Positions 34,243-46,300 of a stretch of DNA of 64,000 nt are shown here, one piece after another. Each line of letters begins with the position of its first letter. Position 1 is the stretch's first letter. The notes under the pieces are model-generated. The model made no database searches. It saw only the letters and a program-made list of their open reading frames with translations, and was not told the origin of the DNA. Where the stretch lies: positions 1 through 64,000 of the forward strand of contig NW_026858667.1 of assembly GCF_026571515.1 (NCBI RefSeq), in the 5' to 3' direction. The DNA comes from Ruditapes philippinarum (lineage: Eukaryota). The position numbers and the translations under genes were made by a program.

Positions 34243-37095
34243 CAGGGCTGGGAATCAAAACTGCGTCGTATCCTTCAAAATGTAAACAAACGCCGCCATC
34301 TTGGAACGAAAAACGTATGTTTTTGATTATAACTATTTTTGTTGGAAATGACTGAAAACCAGATATATGTATTAACACGCTACACTATTTTCCGCTTCGT
34401 TCGGTATATGTTGCTTGCACAACTATTTTGTAAAACAAAAGTTATAGCGAACTTGCAACTCGAAGCGGAGCAGAATTTTTGTGAAAATGTGTGGATACGA
34501 CGCAGTTCATATTGCTTTATCCATCGTTTTTTCCTTCAAATCAATTGTATACTCGTTTCAGAGTTCACCATAAACTTCAAAATATGAGTTTGCATCATTT
34601 ACTTAAATTTCATTAAAAAGAGATGTTTATTTTCCAAGAAAATAATGTTTTTTTCTAAATGATACGACGCAGTTGAAAATAAAATATGATACGACGCAGT
34701 TGTATTTTCATTGCAGGCTGCATATTGGTTCAGCTATTAAATTATGTGCTAGGTATGCTAATAACGTCCAGCAATATTTCTTGTTTACAACTTAAGTCAA
34801 AAGCAGAGGTTTGTTCCACTAAAATGGAAAATGTAATAAAAATTCGATTAAGGCTTCATATTTCGGTCGCATTTTTAGTTCCTGTCATAAGCATCTACAA
34901 ATTCCGGAAAGCTGTATCAAATGCAATATACATTGAAACACGTGATCGCACACCCATATGACAACGTGTTCTAGAGTTGCCTAAGCATGCTTATAAACTT
35001 GTTCCCGTGAGTTCGAAATTGGGGTGGTTACTTTTTTCATTTACAGAATTTTGATACAAAAATCAATATTCCAGAGTCACCTCTCCTTGACCTCTCCAAT
35101 CAGGAATGACCTTTGTTTTTTTTTTGTTTTTTTGTTGTTTTTTTTAAAGAATTACAAATTTTGTAAAGGTCTCTTGCTATCTGAAGAGAATTATGCATGC
35201 CTACCTTTGTTACTTATAATTAGCAACAATTTCCGGCAATTCCGTTACGTCTTTTACTTGCCGATTTTATTGTATTCATTTTGTTAATAATCTGTGGGAA
35301 CAGATGAGCTTTATTATTTGAAACTGAACATTAAATTTTTTAAATTATATTATAAATGGTTAAGCTACGATATATAGGGTATGCGTTCCGTTCAGTCATT
35401 TTATGTTCAGCGCGCCGATTTTGTCGTATTGCATTTCTTTATCGCCGATAAGATCAGGTCTACGGAATGTATTTTCTATTTTTGCACTAAAGTATCATTC
35501 TTCTCCACTAAAAAACTTAAATTTTCAAAATCGATTTACAAATGATAAAACTACAAATTATTTTGTAAAGAAGATGTCCGTTTTGCAAAGGTATTTTACG
35601 CTTTGCACCGATAAATTTGATACAGATGTATGCACGACAGGATGTTTCAATAGTATTGAAGAAGTTTTCACTAAACATACCTTCAAACTAAAGTGTGATT
35701 TTTATTTGAAAATGAATTGCCTGAAAAATTAAACAAAATTTTTCAGAAAATGACTTCAAAGCGGGTTACCCCCTGTTTACATTGAAAATTTCTCTGCTAT
35801 TCGCACCGAAATATCAAAGTAAAAATAATCTTAGAGATAAAGGAAATATTTCATTTCAATAAGAAAGTTAAATTTTATTGTCTTTATAATTAATTTAAAT
35901 ATTTATAATCTTAAAACCTCACGCCAGAAATTAATAAAAACAACTAAAACTGCTTATTTGTACAGCTGACGTAAACAAATTGTTGAAAAAAATCAGACAG
36001 GTGTTCGACCGAAGCCGAGCTGTTTATGTTTACTGATTCAAATCACTTGAACTGAACTGCTATGAATTCGAAAACCACCAGGGACTTTTGATTCTTTCGT
36101 GTGGAAACCTATCAAGCTACATGTAGTTTCAAAATGTCGATGGTTCTCTGCAGGTGCAACATTTTGCCTGAAATAATGCACAAAGGCGCATCTGAGGTCT
36201 TCGCCCCCCAGTAAAACTAATGTGTAGAGACAAACCTAAAAAAAACCCAGTCATTACCCAGAACATGCAGAACCACAGTTTACTTAGAGCTTAGCTAGCC
36301 AAAATAAATTCAGGCTCATAGACTTCTATATATATTTATATGCCAAAAAAATGATAATATTGAACATACAGGAAAATATAAGAAATTATTTCAAAAAATT
36401 ATAATAAATTAAGTAACATGTTCATGTTTAACTGTGAAGTAGCTTCCGGAATGTAAACTTTCAAATTAAATGTTATATTGGGCACGACACAATGTATTCT
36501 AAATAATCAAAAGCAACAGAACATCGCTATATACACCGCAAAAAATCTGGGTTTTTTATCTAGCGCAAGTGATTATTCCATAAAATAGACATATATTGCC
36601 AAAATTATCCCTGTTGAAAAGACTGCCAAAAAATACAACTGCGTCGTATCATATTTTATTTTCAACTGCGTCGTATCATTTCGTAAAAATCATTATTTTC
36701 TTAGAAAATAAACATCTCTTTCTAATGAAATTTTAGTAAATGATGCAAAATTATATTTCGAAGTTAATGGTAAACTCTGAAATGAGTATATAATTTATTT
36801 GAAGGAAAAAACGATGGATAAAGCAATATGAACTGCGTCGTATCCACACATTTTCACAAAAATTCTGCTCCGCTTCGAGTTGCAAGTTCGCTATAACTTT
36901 TGTTTTACAAAATAGTTGTGCAAGCAACATATACCGAACGAAGCGGAAAATAGTGTAGCGTGTTAATACATATATCTGGTTTTCAGTCATTTCCAACAAA
37001 AATAGTTATAATCAAAAACATACGTTTTTCGTTCCAAGATGGCGGCGTTTGTTTACATTTTGTAGGATACGACGCAGTTTTGATTCCCAGCCCTG
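34243..37095. mobile_element. 2.85-kb non-autonomous foldback DNA transposon, ~460-bp TIRs, CAG termini, 5-bp TSD
   Basis: 34243-~34705 is the near-perfect reverse complement of ~36630-37095; termini CAGGGCTGGGAATC; GGTTT on both flanks; motif GATACGACGCAGTT occurs four times per arm; no transposase ORF inside. Confidence 0.92.
36060..36220 (+). mobile_element. Degraded SINE fragment (Meta-domain-like bivalve SINE)
   Basis: GATTCTTTCGTGTGGAAACCTATCAAGCT...GGTTCT..CAGGTGC...TGAAATAATGCACAAAGGCGCATCTGAGGTCTTC resembles the conserved Meta-SINE core as I recall it. Confidence 0.5.
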
Positions 37096-38417
37096 GGTTT
37101 GAGACAATTCTATTTAATTTAGTTTCACTATAATTTGAAAATATTTCTTTTGGTGGAAATTAGGCGGAAAGGGTATGTTAAAGCAAATCTCAAGACTCGT
37201 GCTAATTTTCATATTTTTTTTTATAAATGCAATGTAGATTAAAGGTAAAACATTTTCAAGTGAACCAAAAAAAGTAAATAACATACTGCAAACAACACGT
37301 TCAATCCCCGTAAATTAAATGTCAAAATATGCAAAACCGAACATTTACTGCGTTAGTCACGCAAAATAGTTTTATTTTTAGTAAATTCTTAGTGAATTGT
37401 ATCTAAAGTTTTTTTACTAAATAAAAGTTACAGACAATTGACAAGATAGATGAATTCTACCAAATGGTATCACCCATTCACTTTACGTCGACCAGGGAAC
37501 TCCCCAACTACACACCTGAATTCTGATATTGAATGTTAACGATTAACAAAATTTAATGTTACGGTTATATTACAAGATACATGTATGTATTTTCTATGAT
37601 ATGGTAACACCCCATTCGCCATAAATCTATCAAGGGACTCAGTTGATTATTTGCGTGAATCCACAACTTTCTTGGTAATTCGAACATTGCATGATCACCC
37701 CTAAGCAAGTACTTTTTCTATGAGAACACTTTGCGCGTTGCGTTGTCGATAGTGACAACACAACCTTAATCGTTATCGTCGCAAGCGGACCGCGCCAAAC
37801 GTTTCGCACTGTTGTCCTGTCCCTAGCGAAGCGCGCCAAACGGCGCGTTGTCGTGCGGCGCGTTGTAGCGATGTCTGCCAATCCTTTGATTTGAGCCGAA
37901 ATGTCCTTGACCGTCAAATGAGTGAATAATTTTTATATCATTTACTTATGGAAATGATTCACAAGAAATGTGACTAAACAGAGCTTTTAAAATGAAAAAC
38001 AAAATCTTTAATTTTCTTTTTAAACCGTTTATTTTTTGCCTTTTTTTCGCTCGGCGTTGGCTTTTGTTTACGTAAATTTTAAAGTTGTTTGGTCCGTTCA
38101 TGTTTTTTATTATAATTATTTGACTATGAATTTGTTATTGTAACATGTTTTGGGGGTTCTTAGGGGATGGACAATAGTCCATATGGCATTCAAACTAACC
38201 TGTATGAAATGTGTCTTTACTCTTTTTGGACACATAGACATATCAACGCAAGTCTGACCAGATGATCGCTTCGTAAGGAATGTCCTAACCAATAATTATT
38301 GCACCAGCTTGGAATGAGGAAGTCGAATGAGTATCACACTTCCGGTATGATTGTAACCAACGATATGGGGATCACTATAGTAAGTCGAGTACTCAACCCC
38401 TACATCAATTATCATTT

Positions 38418-38652
38418 GAGCCGTGTCACGACAAAACCAATATAGTGGGTTTGCGACCAGCATGGATCCAGACCAGCCTGCGCATCCGCGCAGTCTGATC
38501 AGGATCCATGCTGTTCGCTTACCAACCCTATAACAAGTAGAGAAACTGATAGCGAACAGCATGGATCCTGATCAGACTGCGTAGTTGCGCAGGCTGGTCT
38601 GAATCTATGCTGGTCGCAAACGCACTATGTTGGTTTTGTCGTGATGCGGCTC
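38418..38652. mobile_element. 235-bp palindromic MITE, GAG termini (Sola-like), copy 1
   Basis: ~100-bp TIRs GAGCCGTGTCACGACAAAACCAA..GCGACCAGCATGGATCCAGACCAGCCTGCGCA; AT-rich flanks; second copy at 39623. Confidence 0.85.
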
Positions 38653-39622
38653 AATTTTTGTGCCCCGTATATCTTGTTAATTGTTTTGCGCATTCATTTT
38701 ATGTTTACTTAAAATGTGTACGTCAATTTTATTCTCATGTGCATTAATTTCATTAACTCTTGTGAAACACTTAGTTCGCTATGACTTTATGTTACATTTT
38801 GTATTTGTTATTTTTAATTTTGTCACTAAGCAGCAATAATTCCATGAAATCAATGTAACTTACGCTTATATTTGTACATTTATACATTTGTACTTGTATG
38901 TTTAAGGGCATAAATCTATCTTGTGAAATATTTTTTGTAAAATTTGCCAAAAGCAAAATAACATTGGTTCCATTATTATATGCTTGATTCCCCATAGAAT
39001 GTTATTTAACACACACGAATAATGTACCTAAACAGAATAAATTATCCGGAACAAACTATTATTTTGCTCTTTTAATTAGGGTTTTTATCCGTTAAGCAAT
39101 GACTTTGTACATGGGTCACTCGCTTTATGGCAATTTATTGCCATTTTTATATCATACAAGCGCATTTCCAAAGTATTCTTTTTTAAAATCCAAACAATAA
39201 TTTTTGCATCAAATATACAGCAATTTATACACTTTAATAATGAGACGTAACTTAAATTATGGTTCTTATATACTGATAAAATAATAATCAACAACTATGT
39301 CTATCTCTATGTATCGAAATATTGTTAAAACACGTTTAAGTTAATATTTTAATATGTATTTTGAAATCAGTTAGAACCTCTAGAATTTCATTAGTTTGCA
39401 TAACTGCATTATCTTTAAAAGTGCTGTATTTCTTTGTTTTCTTTTTTATCATTTCTATAGGAGTCTACAATAAATTACGATTACATATTGCTGGACCATT
39501 TAAAAGAATGTCCTGCTTGTTAGAATAAAGCTACAGTTACTACAATCTCTGTATAGAATCGCCCATCGTGAGATAAAAAAAGGTGGTTGTTGTTTGGGGT
39601 GTTGCTCTAGACAGGTTTATTT

Positions 39623-39857
39623 TAGCCGCGTCATGACAAAACCAACGTAATGCGTTTGCGACCAGCATGGATCCAGACCAGCCTGCGCATCCGCGCAGTC
39701 TGATCAGGATCCATGCTGTTCGCTTACAAACCCTATTACAAGTAGAGAAACTGATAGCGAACAGCATTGATCCTGATCAGACTGCGCGGAGGCGCAGGCT
39801 TGTCTAGATCAATGCTAGTCGCAAATCCACTATGTTGGTTTTTTCGTGACGCGGCTC
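39623..39857. mobile_element. 235-bp palindromic MITE, copy 2
   Basis: Same family and orientation as 38418-38652. Confidence 0.85.
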
Positions 39858-40099
39858 ATTTTAATGTAAAGTCTTTCTTAGGGTAGAAATGATACTGTCA
39901 CTATAGAGAGGTTTTTCTCTATACATGGCCGTTCTGCAGAGAGTACACTGTGTAGTGATTCAACTTATTTAGTGATAGTAAAGTTTTTATTTACATTTTT
40001 TAATCTATATTTTGCAAAAAGTTCTATGATATACAAATCTCAAACAGTAACAATGATTTTTTTTAATGATTTTCATCATTAGAGAATCTACAATAACTA

Positions 40100-40170
40100 C
40101 AGTGGAAACCCCGCAAAACCGGATCTCCATTAAACCGACAATGTCCGGTTTAGTGAATGAGTTTTTACTG
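40100..40170. mobile_element. Tiny Tc1/mariner(pogo)-like MITE remnant
   Basis: TA-CAGTGGAAAC ... GTTTTTACTG-TA with internal AAACCGGA/TCCGGTTT. Confidence 0.45.
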
Positions 40171-40361
40171 TACATGTATATTTCTTTTTATATTAAAATG
40201 TATTGAGCAATATTATATTTTCACTAGCAGTTTTAGCACAGCAGAAAACAAAATGAGCTACATGGTATTGTAATAAAATTACAATTTGTTTTTACTTTCA
40301 AAACCTTTTTGAAAGTCATTAATGATGCCCTTTGCTCACTGATGTTTTCTTCGCTTTTCTA

Positions 40362-43300
40362 TTAATAAAACTTGACAACCCCTTGCGAAACCATCGGACC
40401 ACCTTCTTTCAAGAGCAAAGCAGGCCAAACAACAATGTCAACTCGTGTGCCTTTGTTTCTATATTCTCTAAAGGAATTAATCACTGCTACATCAGGCTTG
40501 AATAATAAAGTCATCGGTGGATCTTGTATCACCATTAGCCGACAAATTCTAAGGCATTCTTTTATATAAGCCTTCATGTCAGGCTGCTGCATGTTCACCT
40601 TGTCATTAGCTTTAGATGATTTGAAGTATTTCTTTAGTTTTGATATCTGTGAAAAAAAATGAGCATTAAGAAAATAAAAATTCGGAGAAACGGGAGAGAT
40701 GAGCAGAAAAAAACGTATATGGTTGAAAATTATCGATTATTTGGTTAATTGGGTGTGTTAATCAAAGACATTAAAAGGTAAAGTATCTCTTACAATAATA
40801 AATATCAAGTGATAATGTACGCTATTTAAGTACATGTATTTTATTTATCAAACTAGAGTCGATTGCTCTTCATCACTCTAATAATCTTTTACATACAATG
40901 CATGTATATTTAAATTGAATTGATTTTCAATGTTTAATCTATAAAACATTTTTAACTTATAAAAAATAGTTGTATCATCATTTATATTTGTAACAATATC
41001 TCAACAAACCTTATTATAATCTGGTACTTGACCAGTGGCACTCAGTTTTCTCTCATCTTTTATTCGCTGCATCAAGTCACTCTGTAGTGTTTTGTGTTTC
41101 TAAAAACAAAATTCATAATATACAACTAATGCACATGTACATGTATATGATCCTCCAATAAAAACTAAAATGTTTAGAATTTAGAGCAAATAAAACAAAA
41201 CAAATCACACGAAAACGGTTTTTGAGGCGCACCGCAAGCGAGCGCCTCTAATGGTATTACCATGCATGAATTGAACACATCTCTACTACGCTGGACAAAA
41301 TAGGTCAAAGACTTTGTCATGGTATTCAGGCATTTCTATACTTTAATGTTGTTTTTTTTATCTAATCGAGGTAGTACAGTCTGAAGTCTAGGCTTTTCTA
41401 ATCCGTACATTATTTTACAGGCATTTGTTTATTGGAAAGTGATACAAATACCGTATAATATCCAAAGACAAAATTTCTGTACAACACATGTTTACTCCTT
41501 ATAAATTATTCATATATAGATAAATGCATAAAAAAACTGAATGTTTGATAGCATATTTGTCATTGATTAATTTAAGGGGGTATATTTTACGTTATTTTTT
41601 ACCACGGTTTGCTACATAAATTAACCAAAATGTTTGTTGATCTATTTACAAATGAATGGTTTGTTTGAAGTGCGTAAAACAAACATAGTAATGAACAAGT
41701 CTGAAACTTACTTATATAGCCTTCTTGACATCTAAACTTAGATACATGCTTTCAATATTTTTTTCCTGTTTATTCGTACGTCTTTATTACACTAATTATA
41801 GTCTTGATACGTTAATATCATGAAAAAGTTATGTACAATAAAAGCCAGTAAATACTGCACATATATATCCAGTGAATTTACATGTTTGCAATCAATTTAT
41901 TTTTATTACGATATATGTTTAATTTTATTATTATAGCAACAATATTGAACTTTTGTTTACCGTCGTCAGCTCTTGTTCAACATGTTTTACTGAACTTCTT
42001 AACCGTTCTAGCTCTTTCTCGCCTTCTTCTTGACATGTTTCAAAACATATCTATATTGGAGTAAATAAAAATGATAAAGGATTATGGCATGTTTTCGACG
42101 ATAAATCTAAGAGAACATAATTATGATGCACCATTTGATTTCAACATTTCATCATCGTGGTTTCGACTTTTTCGACTGTTCACCATCGTATTTTCGCCTT
42201 CCTGTTAAGCATGCGCACTGACATCATGCTAACATCATGCTAACATCATGATCCAGTCATTTATATTATTTGGCAACAACAATAAATAATTTTTTTTTCT
42301 TTCAGCTCTTTAATTTGACACAAATTATCTTCACCATTTATTTAGAATACAGATGCAACATTAATTTAAACAAAATTAAAATTAGATTTCAAAGCTAATA
42401 AACTATATTATATTCACCTTAAGAATATCTACGAGAAACTGAAAAATTTTATTTTCGTTATTTTTAAAGGTGCTCTCTAAAACCTCGTAGGCGTCTGTCC
42501 ATTGGTTGCTATAAAGTTCAGAATACATCCCTGCAATTTTCTCTGGACGGTTAGGGTCGCTCAAATCTACGATGTCCGGATTGTTATCTCTTACACGATT
42601 GGATATTATAGCGCTTAATCTGTCAGAAGAAATAACACGAACGTATTAAAGGCCCATTATTATCCGAAAATGTTTTTATTCTTATTTTTCAAAAGTTGCT
42701 TATGATAAAAATGTAATTAAAAAACAATATCTGAAAATATGATGAAAATTCAGGCCGCATATATATAATGTATATCAGTACTTTTTTTGACTTATTTTAG
42801 ACACGACAACAACAGTTAACACCAACAAGTAAATAATATTCAACTAATGCTCGACAATCATACAAGAGCTTGGCAAGTTGTAGAAAATACAATGTCAGCT
42901 CAGAATGAAAAGCTAATGAGGATGGAAAGTCTGCTATCAGAGGTAACAAATATAAAAAAAGACATAGTTAAAACAAATACAAAAGTGTATGACATTGAAA
43001 ACAACATGAAATTTTTACAAACAAAAATTACAGATTATGATGAAACTGTACAGCATTACAGTGACTTGTGTGATGATATAACGATGAACAATAGGGATAC
43101 TGACGCAAAAGTGAGACAACTCGAAACTGAAATAGACAAACTAAAACAAAATCAAGAAAACATACAAATGCAAATTAAACACACAGATGATAGTATCGTC
43201 GATGTGAAATGGCGAAGTATGCGTGAAAATTTACTTTTCTATGGTCACCCTGAATCTCCATACTCCCAAAATGAGAAAGAGCGTGAAAATTGTGAAATGA

Positions 43301-46300
43301 TAATCCAAAACTTCATAAAAAATGAAATGGGTATAAATAAAGAAATGCAAATAGATAGAGCCCACCGTTTGGGTAGGTTCAATAAAAGAAATGTACGACC
43401 CAGGCCTATCGTCGTAAAGTTTACATTTTACAAAGATAGGGAACTTGTCAGAGTTGCTGCACCAAGCACATTAACCGGCACCAAATTCGGAATATCCGAA
43501 CAATTTCCTGTCGAAATAGAAAGTAAACGAAAAGTTCTATATGAAGTTGCCAAAAAAGCTCGTCAAAATAAACAAAATAAAGTTAGACTAGTTCGGGATA
43601 AACTTTACATCAACGACGCATTGTATAACACAGATAACATGCAACAGGAGCCGAAAAAGTACCAGAATGACAATGGCGCAAGGCCTAAAACATACAGAAA
43701 CTCAAATTTCAGAAATACACTTAACACAGACACAGTACAAAACAGATCACAAAAGAAAAGCAACGATGTAAATCCACACATTACAGACCATAACAAACCA
43801 TTTGTCATCCCGCTGAAAAACAAATTTGAAGAGCTAGCGTTTGCAACACCATTGAGAGAGATGTCTTCTCGTACTTCGTATGCAGGGAAAAAGAAGGCAA
43901 CTTCTCCACTTGAACAAGACTCGAACTTTAAAAAACAAAATACTTTTAACAGTGAATATGAATATGAGTCGCTGTCTGACTCTCAGCTTACACAGGAGCC
44001 AAGTGTTTCGCAACATTCACCGTCAATATTAAACAATGACATGACAAATACGTTACTAACAAATCCAACAAGTATGACGCTACAGCAATATCCAAAAGTC
44101 ACACTGCCTACGCCCCCGCATACCAATGCTGGATACAGTAATACGGATCAAGAACCCCGCTTTTTTTACGTGAAAACACGGGTGATTATTGCCAGACCAA
44201 CCATGACACAGATTAGCGTGAACCGGAAAACTGCTACTTAATTACGGACAGTATTGAATGCACAAATTGTAACGGTGTTGATACACAAAAATCTTTAAAA
44301 CTGTTATCTTTGAATGTTTGTGGATTAGTCACAAAACTTAAATGCCCTGAATTTCTCACTTTTATCAATAACTATGATATTATAGGTCTACAGGAAACTA
44401 AAACAGATGATACTGATGTAATTACTGTTCCTGGATTTTTAGTTCATATGTTTAATAGAAAAAAGCTTTCAAATTATCGATCAGGTGGAATGGCATTATT
44501 AATTAAAACACATTTAGCACCATATGTTAATGTTGAGAGTAATAACGAATGTAATCTGATTAAATTTTTCACAATTTCAAATGAAATATACGGTTCAAAT
44601 TGTAGTTCTCATGTAGAAGATCTTAAATGCGGAATTGTATATATACCGCCAGTTAGTTCGAAATATTCTCACAGTGAACCTTTTTTTGATATACAAAATG
44701 AAATCTTTAGATATTTTATAATCAGTAAACATTTTTTGTTGTTTGGTGATTATAATGCACGATGCGGTAGTTTAAAAGATTTTACGCCTGTTGACTTATT
44801 TATTTCTAACATGTACGATTTATTAACATTTACGTCTTATCTGTGATACGCAGGCTTTACATAACCTCTGATCCCCTTTCAAAATTCCATTTTATTTAGT
44901 TCCGCCCATTGTTTTCTCGTTTAGGGCACACGCTTTTTATTACTTGGGGACCATACGCCGCTTTTCATGGAATGGCACGGAAGTGTCACATTGAAGGTTC
45001 CATGATAACCGCCGTATGAACACATCTGCGGATGTTTCTAAATTCAAAATTTTACTATTTCATGTTTAAATGTTGAATTCTGCTTAAGCCGGTGCTAGGG
45101 GGCGTGGACGGTAACTTGCACTTTCCAGTACCGTCCATGAACAGGCTCAATCAAACCGAGCCTGCAACATTTTCAATTTTGTCGTGTTGGGCTTTCTTTA
45201 GGGATTCTGTATTTATCTATTTTACAATATGTTGAAAGCGAAGAAAATGAAATAATGAAAAATTTTGAGCTATTTGATGTACCTGTAAATAGAATATGTA
45301 TAGATAATACTGTAAATCATTATGGCAATCAGTTGATTGAACTATGTAAAAATAACAATATGTTTATATGGAATGGTAGAGTTGGGGATGATTGTTATAA
45401 TCCAAAATTAACATGTAAGAATTCGAGTACTGTTGATTATTTTATATCATCATCATTTGTTTTTGAGAATGTTTTAAATTTTAAAGTACATGATTTCTGT
45501 AGCTTATACTCTGATGTTCATTCCGGCTTAGAAGCAGTGATAAGCATCAGGCCTAAAAACAATTTTTGTATTCCTGATGAAATAATGTTTGAACCATTAA
45601 CTCTTAAAACTAAATTATGGGATAACAAGAATGCCCATACATTCTCCGAAAATCTTGACCTATCTAAAATCTCTGAAATTGAATTAATGCTTGATAAAGT
45701 ATTAGAAAAAAGCATAGTTGTACAGAACGACTTAGATGAAATAGTTTCTGACATTTCCACTCTGTTTACTAATTGTTCTAAACAGTCATTTGGAGAGATA
45801 ACTCAGAAAAATCAAAACAAAAATGTTAATATAAAAAATTATTTCCCATGGTTTGACAATTCATGTAAAAATATGCGTGATAAATATCACAAAACTAGAA
45901 AAGCTTACAACAAATATAAAACCCCCTATTTCAAAGAATTATTAAGGTCAATTAGTAAACAATATAAAAACACTTTACGCAAAGCGAATAATGATTTTAA
46001 TGAGAGAAAAATTGAAAAATTACGTATGTTAAAACACGCTGATCCAAAACAATACTGCATGGCAAAATATTAATGGAAAAAAACACTAAACAAGAAAACA
46101 TGGCTTCATTAGATAGTTTTTACGAGTATTTTAAAACATTGAATGAAGATGTAAACTCAAATGAAGAGTATCAATATAACGGTATAAGAAACTCTTTTAC
46201 TGAAAATGAGGACATAAATGGCCCAATTACAGAAAAGGAAATATTAGATAATGTTAAAAATCTAAAAACAAATAAATCACCAGGTGTAGATGAAATTGTA

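Noticed and set aside
34339-36999. Two near-identical 82-aa ORFs as a gene pair
   Set aside because: They are the two arms of the foldback element, start at TTG and carry no domain.
37640-37930. GC-rich patch and 92-aa ORF
   Set aside because: No recognisable domain or definable ends; probably a repeat fragment.
38296-39767. Duplicated ORFs MLFAISFSTC...
   Set aside because: Translations of the two 235-bp MITE copies.
41712-41765. 54-bp phase-0 exon ending in TAA in the Mieap-like gene (possible poison exon)
   Set aside because: Strong GTAAGT donor but a purine-rich, weak acceptor, and the neighbouring exons join in frame without it; not enough to call a pseudogene.
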